Positions 32,178 through 41,250 of a stretch of 64,000 bases of DNA are shown piece after piece; position 1 is the first letter of the stretch, and each line of letters opens with the position of its first letter. The translations under genes were made by a program, and so were the position numbers. The stretch is from Escherichia phage phT4A. The stretch lies in sequence record NC_055712.1. One strand, written 5' to 3'. Below the pieces are notes generated by a model. It did not search any database, had not been told where the DNA came from, and was given only the letters and a program-made list of their open reading frames with translations.

Positions 32178-32349
32178 ATGATAAAGTGTTGGCGTATCTC
32201 GTTTTCTTGCTGGGATATCGCTTAGAAGTGATGGGCGCGTATTCATCAATGTATGGTGATTTAACGGCTATCTGGATGGTTGGGTTAGGGGTTGCTTTTA
32301 CATTCCTTTCCTTTGCAATTGTTAATGAATCGGAAAAGGATATTGTATG
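32177..32349 (+). CDS. small hydrophobic protein (57 aa, two predicted membrane helices)
   Basis: ATG overlaps the upstream stop and its stop overlaps the next start; below the track cut-off. Confidence 0.4.
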
Positions 32350-32673
32350 AAACTATATCATGTGATCTACTCTGGTGTTTTAGGCATTGACAAACAAATG
32401 TTAGTTGATGTAATGTGTAAAAAACTCGATGAGCGAATTGGAACCCGATACAAAAATCATGTATCGGAAAGTATCTTCATCAACGTTGACCATCCAAATG
32501 ACATGGAAGAAATGGTTAATACTCTTGATGATCAGCAGATCCCGTTTGTTGACAATTTCAACATGAGCGCTGGAGTGTATACGGTAGTAACTTTTGTTCT
32601 AAAAAATGTTGACAGCCGAAACGATAGCGTGTTGAATGTAGTTGCAAAAATCGATTCTACCAAAGGAAAATAA
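32347..32673 (+). CDS. hypothetical protein
   Basis: 108 aa ORF, translationally coupled to neighbours. Confidence 0.5.
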   Translation: MKLYHVIYSGVLGIDKQMLVDVMCKKLDERIGTRYKNHVSESIFINVDHPNDMEEMVNTLDDQQIPFVDNFNMSAGVYTVVTFVLKNVDSRNDSVLNVVAKIDSTKGK

Positions 32674-32674
32674 T

Positions 32675-33031
32675 ATGAAAATTGTACACCGTAGCATTTC
32701 CGAACTGTCTCAAGCTGAAAAAGTGCAAATTCATTTCAAATTCAATGATTTGCGTAAAGGTTATGCCGAAATTGCCCGTGAACATGGGTTAGATAACGGC
32801 GATATTTACCAGGTAGTACAGGAAATTGAACGTATCCGCGCGTTCCGTTCTGCAAATCTCCCTGTTAAAAATGCAATGCGCCGCGAAGCGATCGAAATCC
32901 ATCGTAAGCGTGTGTACAATTTAGAACGTGCTAAACGTCCGATGAAGAAAGAAAAGAAACCTCGTCCGTTTAAACGTGAACATCTTAACACCTCTATGGC
33001 GCTGGCGTTTCAAGATGCGGGGATTATCTAA
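32675..33031 (+). CDS. hypothetical basic protein
   Basis: ATG at 32675 with RBS; 118 aa, lysine/arginine-rich C-terminus. Confidence 0.5.
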   Translation: MKIVHRSISELSQAEKVQIHFKFNDLRKGYAEIAREHGLDNGDIYQVVQEIERIRAFRSANLPVKNAMRREAIEIHRKRVYNLERAKRPMKKEKKPRPFKREHLNTSMALAFQDAGII

Positions 33032-33555
33032 TGCGTAAATCTGCGATGGATCGTTGGGCTAGTATTGCTACTTCAAACGTAAAACCAAATCAAGCCGCAC
33101 CTGATGTAGAAGCGGTTCGTAAAGCAAAAGAACCTGAGATCGTGGCCCTTAGCCCTGAACTCATCGAGCATCGCCGTCGTGCGTCTGCTATTGAACTGGA
33201 TCTGCGTATTGCGCGTTCATATAATCTCAAGCATGAACACGCCGCAAAGAACAACCATTCTTTTGACCTTACTCTGGAAGATTGGAAAGTGTTGATGACA
33301 ACTGAACGTTGTCAGTATTCCGGCAAGATGTTTAGCAATAAACCAGGTAGCCCATATGCCCGTACAATGGAACGTATTAATCCACGTCTGGGATATACAC
33401 AAGAAAATACAATAGCGGTTATCAACGCCGCTAATGCCGAAAAATCACAGCTTGATGCATTCGTTAAGGGTGATGTCATTCTGGATGAAGTAAAAGTGAA
33501 GTTGCTGCGTAAAGCACTTTATCAAGTCGAAAAACGTGTGAAAATGAAAGGTTAA
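33031..33555 (+). CDS. hypothetical protein, possibly a degenerate HNH-type nuclease domain
   Basis: 174 aa; ERCQYSG...MERINPRLGYTQENTIAVINAANAEK resembles an HNH core with substitutions; weak. Confidence 0.35.
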   Translation: MRKSAMDRWASIATSNVKPNQAAPDVEAVRKAKEPEIVALSPELIEHRRRASAIELDLRIARSYNLKHEHAAKNNHSFDLTLEDWKVLMTTERCQYSGKMFSNKPGSPYARTMERINPRLGYTQENTIAVINAANAEKSQLDAFVKGDVILDEVKVKLLRKALYQVEKRVKMKG

Positions 33556-33558
33556 ATT

Positions 33559-34578
33559 ATGTTTAAGAAATATTCTTCTCTGACTAACCATTATGAAGGT
33601 AAGTTCATCAATGGTGTAATTATGAACGGGCTTACTGGCGGTGTGTGGGTTGCACGTGAAAAGATCCACGGTGCTAACTTTAGTTTTATCACCGATGACG
33701 GTATTACCGTTACCCCCGCAAAGCGTACTGATGTTGTTAAGCCAGCCGAAGATTTTTATGGCTGTTCAGCAGTAGTTGCAAAGTATTCCCCAGGGATCCG
33801 TAAGATGTGGGAAACCCTCAAAAAGACCGGAACTTATGATGATTTGGTTATTCAAGTCTACGGTGAATTTGCGGGGCGCGGTGTACAGAAAGATGTTGAT
33901 TACGGCGAAAAAGATTTCTATGTATTCGATATCCGTGTAAATGGTGAATTCCTTCCGGATAACCTGTGCTCGCTGATCTCTCGATCTCATGGCCTGAAAA
34001 TGGCCCCGCTGTTGGGATATGGTACTTTTGAAGAGATCAAAGAACTGCCGATCACGTTTGAATCTGTTGTGAATAAAGCAAATAGCGGCATTGGTAGCGA
34101 TAATACAGTATATGGTGAATTCGTATATCCTATCATGGAAGTTGAAGAGGGCAACATTGCAGAAGGTTTTGTAATGAAACCTGTTTCACCTGCTTTTATG
34201 CCAAACGGTGAACGCGTTGCAATCAAATGCAAAACAACCAAATTCACTGAGAAGAAAGCGAAGAAAGCAACCCGCTTTAATGCTCCGGTTTCATTGTCAG
34301 AAAAAGACAAAAACCAACTCGATGAGTTTGTTTGTTACCTTACAGAGAACCGTGTGAAAAACGTTCTTTCGAAACTGGATCTGGCTTCGATCACTGCGAA
34401 AGATTTTGGTCGCATTATGGGCTTAACTGTTCAGGATGCTATCGAAGAAATCAGCCGTAATCACGGGCCTTTCCTCGAACAGTTCGAAGACCCAGCAATG
34501 GCTAAGAAGCTGTTTGTAACCGAAGCCCAAAACATGATTCGCCCTGTATGGGGCAAAATCCTGAACCATGAATTTTAA
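33559..34578 (+). CDS. rnlB: RNA ligase 2 (RnlB)
   Basis: 339 aa; MFKKYSSL.NHY..KFI, GGxWVAREKIHG(A/T)NFS (active-site Lys motif), VFGEFAG.G(V/I)QK.VDYG(E/D)KDFYVFDI, VAIKCK, MGLTVQD as in T4 Rnl2. Confidence 0.93.
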   Translation: MFKKYSSLTNHYEGKFINGVIMNGLTGGVWVAREKIHGANFSFITDDGITVTPAKRTDVVKPAEDFYGCSAVVAKYSPGIRKMWETLKKTGTYDDLVIQVYGEFAGRGVQKDVDYGEKDFYVFDIRVNGEFLPDNLCSLISRSHGLKMAPLLGYGTFEEIKELPITFESVVNKANSGIGSDNTVYGEFVYPIMEVEEGNIAEGFVMKPVSPAFMPNGERVAIKCKTTKFTEKKAKKATRFNAPVSLSEKDKNQLDEFVCYLTENRVKNVLSKLDLASITAKDFGRIMGLTVQDAIEEISRNHGPFLEQFEDPAMAKKLFVTEAQNMIRPVWGKILNHEF

Positions 34579-35149
34579 TCAGATTCTGGTTGATGCAAAA
34601 GCGGCTACCCTGATCGGTAGCCGTAAACCTCCTGAACGTATCGCAAACATTGCTGTTAAAATCGGACGTGCTTTGAACGAACGCGGGATCAGGGCTTATT
34701 CTGGCGGCGCTCCTGGTATGGATAGTCACTTTCTGTTTGACTATAGTCCGGATAACAGATGTATAATCCTTCCTGATAACGGGTTTAACGGCCTTTTCTC
34801 AAACGGAAAGGATATCATCGACTTTCGAGATTTAAACACACAGAAAGCTGCTGACGAAGCCAGAAAGGTAGCAGGTAACTTCGATACACAGAATGAATAC
34901 GTTCAAAGAAGGTATGCGCGAAACACGATTCAAGTTCTTCGTGAAAATCTTGACAATCCAACTGATTTTGTTTTATTTTGGGCGGAAGAACGTGAAGGAT
35001 GTGTTAAAGGTGGAACCGCGATCGCTGTAAGATTGGCTAGGTTGTACAGGGTTCCATGTTTCAATCTCTTCAAAGAAAGTGTATTGAACGATGTGTGTGA
35101 TACGTTAGGGATCAATATCAAACCCCCAACGTTGGATTTTTTATGGTAA
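34568..35149 (+). CDS. SLOG/DprA-LOG-like Rossmann-fold protein (putative nucleotide-binding)
   Basis: 193 aa; IRAYSGGAPGMDSHF matches the SGGxxGxD signature of the DprA/Smf-LOG (SLOG) fold. Confidence 0.45.
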   Translation: MNFNQILVDAKAATLIGSRKPPERIANIAVKIGRALNERGIRAYSGGAPGMDSHFLFDYSPDNRCIILPDNGFNGLFSNGKDIIDFRDLNTQKAADEARKVAGNFDTQNEYVQRRYARNTIQVLRENLDNPTDFVLFWAEEREGCVKGGTAIAVRLARLYRVPCFNLFKESVLNDVCDTLGINIKPPTLDFLW

Positions 35150-35661
35150 TTGAACATGCGCCCTTACTTCGTGAAACATACGAAAGATGGGCTGTTAATA
35201 ACGCAATAGGTGAAAATATGATTCATGTACGTAGTATCGGTGCTGACGGCGAAACTCCAGTAGAAGGCCGATCGCCCACTCTCGCAGAACGAGCAAGAGA
35301 AATTATCAACGATCAGAATGCTAAGATGATCGAACATGCGCGGGATACAATCACAAAAGGTGTTCTGAAACACGCGACACAACAAAACCTTATCTATGAT
35401 ATGAAGCACGATATCGGCTCTTGTCTGGGTATTGAATGTACTCGCTATGCATTCCAACGAGTTTCTGAATGGTTGGAAGAAGAAGGGCTAAAATTCGATA
35501 CAGAAGAAAAACGCAACGCCGCTAAGATCACAAATTCTCTGGCTAGTAAGTACAATCAAACGTATAGAAACCAGGAAGAACGTGAAGTGTTCGGTTTCAA
35601 AATTCCTGAAAGGAAAACAGATCGCCGTGTAAGTGAATTCACTTTTTACATTAGTTGGTAA
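35143..35661 (+). CDS. hypothetical protein
   Basis: 172 aa ORF; start uncertain. Confidence 0.45.
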   Translation: MVIEHAPLLRETYERWAVNNAIGENMIHVRSIGADGETPVEGRSPTLAERAREIINDQNAKMIEHARDTITKGVLKHATQQNLIYDMKHDIGSCLGIECTRYAFQRVSEWLEEEGLKFDTEEKRNAAKITNSLASKYNQTYRNQEEREVFGFKIPERKTDRRVSEFTFYISW

Positions 35662-35668
35662 AAAGGTG

Positions 35669-35697
35669 TTGACGGGGGTTGGTTATAGTAGTATTCT
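35669..35697 (+). promoter_or_regulatory. sigma70-like early promoter (TTGACG-N17-TATTCT)
   Basis: -35/-10-like pair upstream of the 35739 ORF. Confidence 0.35.
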
Positions 35698-35738
35698 AAC
35701 TCCCGTAGACAAGACACTAACTCAGAAGGATAAACATC

Positions 35739-35999
35739 ATGGAAATCGTAATGAAAGCAACTTATGCTGGATACTGCCTGGAAGCAAAAGGTGTTGCTAA
35801 CAATGGTAAAGGCTTACGGGCCAATGTTGAAGCAATGCTGGATGAATTACATGCAATGTACGAATATGACAACGTAGCGGGTAGTGTTCTTATCCAGGCG
35901 TTGGAAGTCGATGGTGTTGATTGTGCTGGTTGGTGGGATGCTTACATTGACTACAACGATAACCGGGTTTACCTGTTGAGCAACAAAGATTATTTCTAA
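35739..35999 (+). CDS. hypothetical protein
   Basis: 86 aa ORF. Confidence 0.45.
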   Translation: MEIVMKATYAGYCLEAKGVANNGKGLRANVEAMLDELHAMYEYDNVAGSVLIQALEVDGVDCAGWWDAYIDYNDNRVYLLSNKDYF

Positions 36000-36008
36000 G
36001 GAACCATT

Positions 36009-36458
36009 ATGAGCGATGAAGCTGAGGCTTTAGAAGATTGGGCTGATTTTGATGACGAAGAAGACGGTGAATATTTCTGCGTTAATCGTGGTGCTTATAA
36101 AGACCGTTTAGAACTCCGTAAACTTTTATCGGGTTCCTCTCAAATATCAGGATCCAAACGAAAAAGTAGTAAACAAAAAGTTCAGTATAGTGATGGTTCT
36201 GTACGTGATGAAACTGTTGTTGCTGAATTCCGTGGTCGGGTTATCACAAAAGAAAGACAAATTGATGTAAAGAACTTGTATGAAGTGGCTAAGGCTGCTA
36301 AAATAGGTTCTGTGATTGTTTGCCCTGTGTGCAAAGAAAAACACACAAAGACAACGTATCACAAAGTTTTCTGTTCGAATGGCAGAAAAACCAGTAAGGA
36401 TTGTAAGTCTAAATATCACAATACAATCCATCCCGAACGACTGGATCGGGTATTTTAA
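36009..36458 (+). CDS. hypothetical zinc-ribbon protein
   Basis: 149 aa; acidic N-terminus, CPVCKEKH...C(17)CKSKYHN Cys/His cluster. Confidence 0.5.
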   Translation: MSDEAEALEDWADFDDEEDGEYFCVNRGAYKDRLELRKLLSGSSQISGSKRKSSKQKVQYSDGSVRDETVVAEFRGRVITKERQIDVKNLYEVAKAAKIGSVIVCPVCKEKHTKTTYHKVFCSNGRKTSKDCKSKYHNTIHPERLDRVF

Positions 36459-36485
36459 AATAAACCTAAAACGTGGAGTACGTTT

Positions 36486-37919
36486 ATGAACAACAAAACT
36501 TTCGAAGAACTGAACAGCATCATCACTTCCGTAGATTCCTATAAGGTTTCTCACTGGTCGCAATATCCAACTGGCTCCGAAGAGGCGCTGTTTTATATTG
36601 AATCTCGTGGTGGTAAATTTGATCAAGTAGTTACGGCTGGCTGTAACCGCCTTGCGCAAATCCTATCACGTCCGGTGACTATGGAAAACGTAGATTTTGC
36701 TAATCGGTTGTACAAAATGCACTTTGGGCGCGAAATCTTCAACTACAAAGGTTGGAAAGAAATTGCAGAACTGGGTTACATCCCTCTTGAATTCAGAGCG
36801 ATTCCGGAAGGAACCCCAGTAGCGGTTAAAAATCCGGTTGCAACTTTCCATGCTGGGAAAAATGCGCTGTGGTTAGCAGGACACGTAGAAACCCTGGCGA
36901 TCAGGGGAGTATGGTTCCCTTCAACCGTAGCAACTCTATCCCGCGAATGTAAAAAAGTGTTGAAGAAATATCTCAAGAAAACCTCCGATCTCGAAGGTGA
37001 AGCATTTGATATGGTATTACGTACCCGTTTGCATGACTTCGGCGCACGTGGAACCTCTTCTGCTGAATCTGCTGGTATTGGTGGCCTTGCTCATCTGTAT
37101 AACTTCCTCGGTACTGATACCGTAGAAGCGCTGATTATGGCTATCTCTCTGTTTGAAGATTGTCAGAAAGCGTTTGATGATGGTGAAATGGCGGCTGGTA
37201 TTTCAATTCCTGCTCGCGAACATTCCACTACCGTTTCTTACGGCAAAGAAAACGAAGACCTTGCATACAAAAACAGTATTGAGATCTTCGGTGAAGGGAT
37301 GTATGCATGTGTGTATGATTCCTGGGATTTTAAAGCGGCGGTTCGCCGTATCGCAGAATATAAAGATTCTATTCTTTCTAAGGGCGGTACTCTGGTAGTT
37401 CGTCCGGATTCTGGCGATATGGTAGACAATATCATGTACGCTCTTGAAGAACTGGGCCGTATCTTTGGCTATACAGTGAACTCAAAAGGGTATAAAGTAC
37501 TACACCCAGCAGTAAGGATCATTCAAGGCGATGAAATTCATGGCCCTGAAACAATCAATCGGGTGTTGAACTGGATGGAGTCTAACCGTTGGGCGTCTGA
37601 AAACATCGCGTTTGGTATGGGCGGCGGATTGCTTCAAGAAGTTACCCGCGACACTCAAAAATATGCGATGAAAATGTGCGCAATCAAAATTAACGGTGTG
37701 TGGACTGGTGTGTATAAATGTCCAAAAGGCGCTGAATGGAAAAAGAGTAAAAAAGGGTTGTTAATGACTATCACTGATGGTGTTAACTTTAAAACCATTG
37801 ATACTCTGGAACAGAAAGTGCCGGAAGGCTGGAAAGATGCTATGATCACATACTATGTCAACGGAAAGATTACTGCCCGTGACACTTTAGAGGAAATTAG
37901 GAACCGTGCCGGGATTTAG
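36486..37919 (+). CDS. nadV: nicotinamide phosphoribosyltransferase family protein (NadV/NAMPT-like)
   Basis: 477 aa; N-terminal DSYKVSHW signature, HDFGARG, GxGGGLLQ-type C-terminal block typical of the NAMPT family. Confidence 0.88.
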   Translation: MNNKTFEELNSIITSVDSYKVSHWSQYPTGSEEALFYIESRGGKFDQVVTAGCNRLAQILSRPVTMENVDFANRLYKMHFGREIFNYKGWKEIAELGYIPLEFRAIPEGTPVAVKNPVATFHAGKNALWLAGHVETLAIRGVWFPSTVATLSRECKKVLKKYLKKTSDLEGEAFDMVLRTRLHDFGARGTSSAESAGIGGLAHLYNFLGTDTVEALIMAISLFEDCQKAFDDGEMAAGISIPAREHSTTVSYGKENEDLAYKNSIEIFGEGMYACVYDSWDFKAAVRRIAEYKDSILSKGGTLVVRPDSGDMVDNIMYALEELGRIFGYTVNSKGYKVLHPAVRIIQGDEIHGPETINRVLNWMESNRWASENIAFGMGGGLLQEVTRDTQKYAMKMCAIKINGVWTGVYKCPKGAEWKKSKKGLLMTITDGVNFKTIDTLEQKVPEGWKDAMITYYVNGKITARDTLEEIRNRAGI

Positions 37920-38208
37920 TATCCGCAAAAACGACAAAGGAACCGTGATTTTCTATGACAACATGCCCCTTGTAGCTCGCAAGGGGCTTTTTGCTAAAAT
38001 CGCTGGGTATTCCTTTAAACTGGAAGAAGTCAACGACGAAACACTAAAAGAGATCGTAAGAATTGCCTTACAGTTAAGAGGTAAGAAAGACGAACAAAAA
38101 GCTATTGACATGATCAATAAATTGGGTGAAACTCAATGCTTCATAGTGAATCGTGGTTACAAGTACGATACCATTGCAAAATTTGAAAAAGGGCTTTGTG
38201 AATTATGA
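37906..38208 (+). CDS. hypothetical protein
   Basis: 100 aa ORF overlapping the nadV end; start uncertain. Confidence 0.4.
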   Translation: MPGFSIRKNDKGTVIFYDNMPLVARKGLFAKIAGYSFKLEEVNDETLKEIVRIALQLRGKKDEQKAIDMINKLGETQCFIVNRGYKYDTIAKFEKGLCEL

Positions 38209-39056
38209 GTTATTATGGTGTGATCCCATACACAGGAAACAAGCAAAAGCTACTTCCTGAACTGTTCAAATTATTTCCAGACAGAAACAGCTATATGCGA
38301 TTCATCGACTGTTTTTGTGGTGGTTTGAGTGTGTCGCTAAACGTCCCTAAACCCGTTCTAAGCAACGATTACGATCGGACGTTGATTGATATGTATAAGC
38401 GCCTTCAAATGCTTCCTGACCTCTCTCCTGTGCGAGAATTGATTAAACAGCATGGTCTGGGTAAGAACGAGAAAGAAGCGTATCTCACATTTCGTGATGC
38501 GTATAATAAGAACAAGGATCCTCTATGGCTCTACGTTCTGATCCTTCATTCGTTTAGTAATGTTAATCGAACCAACGATAAAGGCGATTTTAACGCCAAT
38601 TTTGGTTGTAGAACGTTGAATGATTCTACCGTTAAACGGTTTGAACACTTCAAAAATAATGTTCGGGGGATTGAATTCTCTAGCGCATCGTTTAAGGATC
38701 TTGATATCTGTTTGAATGATTTTGTGTACTGCGATCCGCCGTACCTGATCACTGATGCAGTTTATAACAAGTTCTGGAACGAAGAACGCGAGCATGAATT
38801 ATATGATTTTCTCGATAATTTAAACTCTGATGGTATCAAGTTTGGTTTATCAAACGTGACACATCATGCAGGAAAGCAAAATGATATCCTGATCGAGTGG
38901 ATGCAAAAATATAATGTGCATAACCTCGATAAAAAGTATCTGTTAGGCCAGCATACTGATTCTTACGAACAAAATAAAACGCAAGAAGTCTACGTGTGCA
39001 ACTACCAGAAACGCGACGTAAATACATACCCTGAAACACTGGATGACTTAATGTAA
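38205..39056 (+). CDS. dam: DNA adenine methyltransferase (Dam, GATC-specific family)
   Basis: 283 aa; YTGNKQKLLPEL, FxDCFCGGLSVSLN, DPPYLIT, KFGLSNV match T4 Dam. Confidence 0.93.
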   Translation: MSYYGVIPYTGNKQKLLPELFKLFPDRNSYMRFIDCFCGGLSVSLNVPKPVLSNDYDRTLIDMYKRLQMLPDLSPVRELIKQHGLGKNEKEAYLTFRDAYNKNKDPLWLYVLILHSFSNVNRTNDKGDFNANFGCRTLNDSTVKRFEHFKNNVRGIEFSSASFKDLDICLNDFVYCDPPYLITDAVYNKFWNEEREHELYDFLDNLNSDGIKFGLSNVTHHAGKQNDILIEWMQKYNVHNLDKKYLLGQHTDSYEQNKTQEVYVCNYQKRDVNTYPETLDDLM

Positions 39057-39064
39057 GGTAACAT

Positions 39065-39340
39065 ATGTTTAAGATTTTTGGTTATATCCCTTCTGTTTAC
39101 AATTGCGCTCCATGCCTGAATTCTAAACGTCTCCTGGACGCAAAACGAAAAGAATATGAGTTTGTTTCTGTAGCCGATGAAAAAGACGCAGACGGCAAAC
39201 CGATCCTGAATGAAACGGTCATTTCTGAACTCGAAAGCCTGTTAGGTACTCGTAGACTGACCATGCCTCAAATTTTCCACGATGGTAAGCACATCGGCGG
39301 CTTTGACCAACTGCGTGAGTACGTTCGCACGTTGGGATAA
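39065..39340 (+). CDS. nrdC: glutaredoxin/thioredoxin NrdC-like
   Basis: 91 aa; CxxC active site (CAPC), LTMPQIFHDGKHIGGFDQLREY matches T4 NrdC. Confidence 0.88.
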   Translation: MFKIFGYIPSVYNCAPCLNSKRLLDAKRKEYEFVSVADEKDADGKPILNETVISELESLLGTRRLTMPQIFHDGKHIGGFDQLREYVRTLG

Positions 39341-39371
39341 ATATTAACACCTTTATTTGATTGGTGTTATT

Positions 39372-39854
39372 ATGCTCACTAAACGTATTACTAAGAAAGA
39401 TTATCCATCCATTAAACAAGCTCTTTTTGAACAGCAAAACGGCTTGTGCGCGTTATGTGGTCGCCCTTTAGAGGGTGACCTTGAAAAGCATCACCTTGAC
39501 CATGATCATGCTCTATCTGGCTCTAATGCCGGACGTGTGCGCGGCCTCCTATGTAACCTATGCAACGGTACAGAAGGTATTGTAAAGCACAAATTTAATC
39601 GTTCTGGTCTGGTTTCCCGTGATGTTGATTACATCGAATGGCTAGAAAGCCTGGTAGCATACCTCAAACGCGACTATTCACAAAACCGTATGCACGACAA
39701 ATTTATACCCGATAAGGTTAAATGGTTTACACGCCTGACTAAATCGGATATGATAGCCGAAATGATTTCTATGGGCTTTGAGTACTCAGAAACTGAGGAT
39801 CGCAAGGCTTTAGCAAAGAGCTATAGAAGACAATTAATGAAGGCAACCAAATGA
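39372..39854 (+). CDS. 49: endonuclease VII (Holliday junction resolvase gp49)
   Basis: ATG at 39372 (track start 39357 is a TTG); QNGxCxxCxRxL, HLDHDH, (K/R)VRGLLCNLCN, KHKFNRSGL, DYxEWLExL, GFEY match T4 gp49. Confidence 0.93.
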   Translation: MLTKRITKKDYPSIKQALFEQQNGLCALCGRPLEGDLEKHHLDHDHALSGSNAGRVRGLLCNLCNGTEGIVKHKFNRSGLVSRDVDYIEWLESLVAYLKRDYSQNRMHDKFIPDKVKWFTRLTKSDMIAEMISMGFEYSETEDRKALAKSYRRQLMKATK

Positions 39855-40113
39855 AAGTAGAAAAANNNNNNNNNNNNNNNNNNNNNNNNNNNNNNNNNNN
39901 NNNNNNNNNNNNNNNNNNNNNNNNNNNNNNNNNNNNNNNNNNNNNNNNNNNNNNNNNNNNNNNNNAAAACGTAGGTTATGGACAGGATATACCCTGGAGG
40001 CTTTACAGGCCGACCCAGAACGTTCTAAGCTACTTCCTTACATTGATGTTCTGATTGATGGTAAGTATGAAAAAGATTTGCCAACAGAAAAAGCCGTTTC
40101 GCGGTTCAGATAA
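39851..40113 (+). CDS. nrdG: ORF interrupted by scaffold gap; the C-terminal 46 codons resemble the NrdG (anaerobic RNR activase) C-terminus
   Basis: MKVEK start overlaps the gp49 stop; after the gap ..WTGYTLEAL...VLIDGKYEKDL resembles E. coli NrdG ..WTGYKLDEL...VLVDGKF.QDL. Confidence 0.45.
39866..39965. other. scaffold gap (100 N)
   Basis: Exactly 100 N; true size unknown. Confidence 0.99.
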
Positions 40114-40166
40114 TCAACGTATGATCGAATTCGCAATAAAAATTCGATAGAAATTAAAAATATTGC

Positions 40167-40194
40167 TTGACCTAATGTGTAACTATGGTAATCT
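40167..40194 (+). promoter_or_regulatory. candidate early/middle promoter (TTGACC-N16-TAATCT, overlapping a TGCTT MotA-box-like motif)
   Basis: ATTGCTTGACC ... TAATCT about 45 nt upstream of the 40240 ATG. Confidence 0.35.
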
Positions 40195-40239
40195 TACCAC
40201 ATCGTAAATGACGATTAACTTTAATTGAGAGATAATATC

Positions 40240-41208
40240 ATGATCCTGAATTTCAAAACCCGTAAAGAAGCGCGTAACTACTGCTGGAAGTGGAACATTC
40301 CCCTGAAAACCATCCGTAATACAGGGCGCGGTTCTTGCCCGTGGACAGTTCAAGCAAATGAACTGAAAACGTTCGTGGTTGGTAAAACTTACAAACTGGT
40401 TGACCGTGAAGGGTTTACTACCAATTCACACGGCGGATCTAACACCGCAAACACTATCCAGGCGAGACAGATCGAAAAATTCCTGAATAACGAGGTAAAA
40501 ATTATCTCGAAAACCAATTCAGATACTTTCAAAATTGAGCATACTCCGGAAATGACTTTTAGCTCTCTGCGTTCGTGGGAAGCTCGTTATTTCGTCGAAG
40601 TTGGCGCGGCTCCGGTTAAGAAAACGAAAGCTAAACCGAAAAAAGCCAACGTTACGGCTCCGGTCGCACCTGTTGCACCAGTAACAGCAGTAACAGCAGA
40701 TCTTGATCAAATGCTTGATGGTGGTTCGGCAATGTCGGTTGAACTGGATCCGACTAAATTTGTTGAAGGCCGTTCGTATGTTCTGGTTAAACCGCAGCAA
40801 TTTAAAAATCGTTGTGGCGCTAACCACGGGATCAAATCATATACCGATGAACACAGTAATGGTGTATACACCGTTTACCATACGACTTCGCTCGGTCATC
40901 ATCAATTGAGCAAAACGGTAGAAACCATTGATTCCCAGACCGGAAAAGTTGGTTACTATCTGCTTGATTCTGAACGTTCGTTCTTCCGTGAACTGGCGAC
41001 AGGAATTGTTGATGAACCTGTTAGCGTTTCCGGTAATAGCGCTATCGCTATCAATGTAGACGAAGCGGCTAAGAAAGAAGAAATCGCAAAAGCAATGACA
41101 CAGCTTGAAGAAGCGGTTAAGGCCCATGATGACGCTCTTCAAAATCTGCGTACTGCTTCCGACCTGGTTCGCAAAGCTGCTCGAAAAGTAGCAGAAGTAA
41201 GCAAGTAA
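40240..41208 (+). CDS. hypothetical protein with internal tandem-duplicated domain, Pro/Ala/Val-rich linker and C-terminal coiled coil
   Basis: 322 aa from the ATG at 40240; repeats ..FVVGKTYKLVDREGF..SHGGSN.. and ..FVEGRSYVLVKPQQF..ANHG..; linker APVAPVAPVTAVTA. Confidence 0.55.
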   Translation: MILNFKTRKEARNYCWKWNIPLKTIRNTGRGSCPWTVQANELKTFVVGKTYKLVDREGFTTNSHGGSNTANTIQARQIEKFLNNEVKIISKTNSDTFKIEHTPEMTFSSLRSWEARYFVEVGAAPVKKTKAKPKKANVTAPVAPVAPVTAVTADLDQMLDGGSAMSVELDPTKFVEGRSYVLVKPQQFKNRCGANHGIKSYTDEHSNGVYTVYHTTSLGHHQLSKTVETIDSQTGKVGYYLLDSERSFFRELATGIVDEPVSVSGNSAIAINVDEAAKKEEIAKAMTQLEEAVKAHDDALQNLRTASDLVRKAARKVAEVSK

Positions 41209-41216
41209 ATTAAACT

Positions 41217-41239
41217 GGGTGCTCCGGCACCCTTTTTTA
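41217..41239 (+). terminator. rho-independent terminator (gggtgc-tccg-gcaccc + T6)
   Basis: Perfect GC stem and T tract after the stop. Confidence 0.65.
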
Positions 41240-41250
41240 TGAGGTGACAC

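Noticed and set aside
36147-36659. 170-aa ORF on the - strand
   Set aside because: Overlaps three + strand ORFs including the start of nadV; no independent support.
40837-41250. 137-aa ORF on the - strand
   Set aside because: Antisense to the 322-aa + strand gene, which has a promoter, RBS and terminator.
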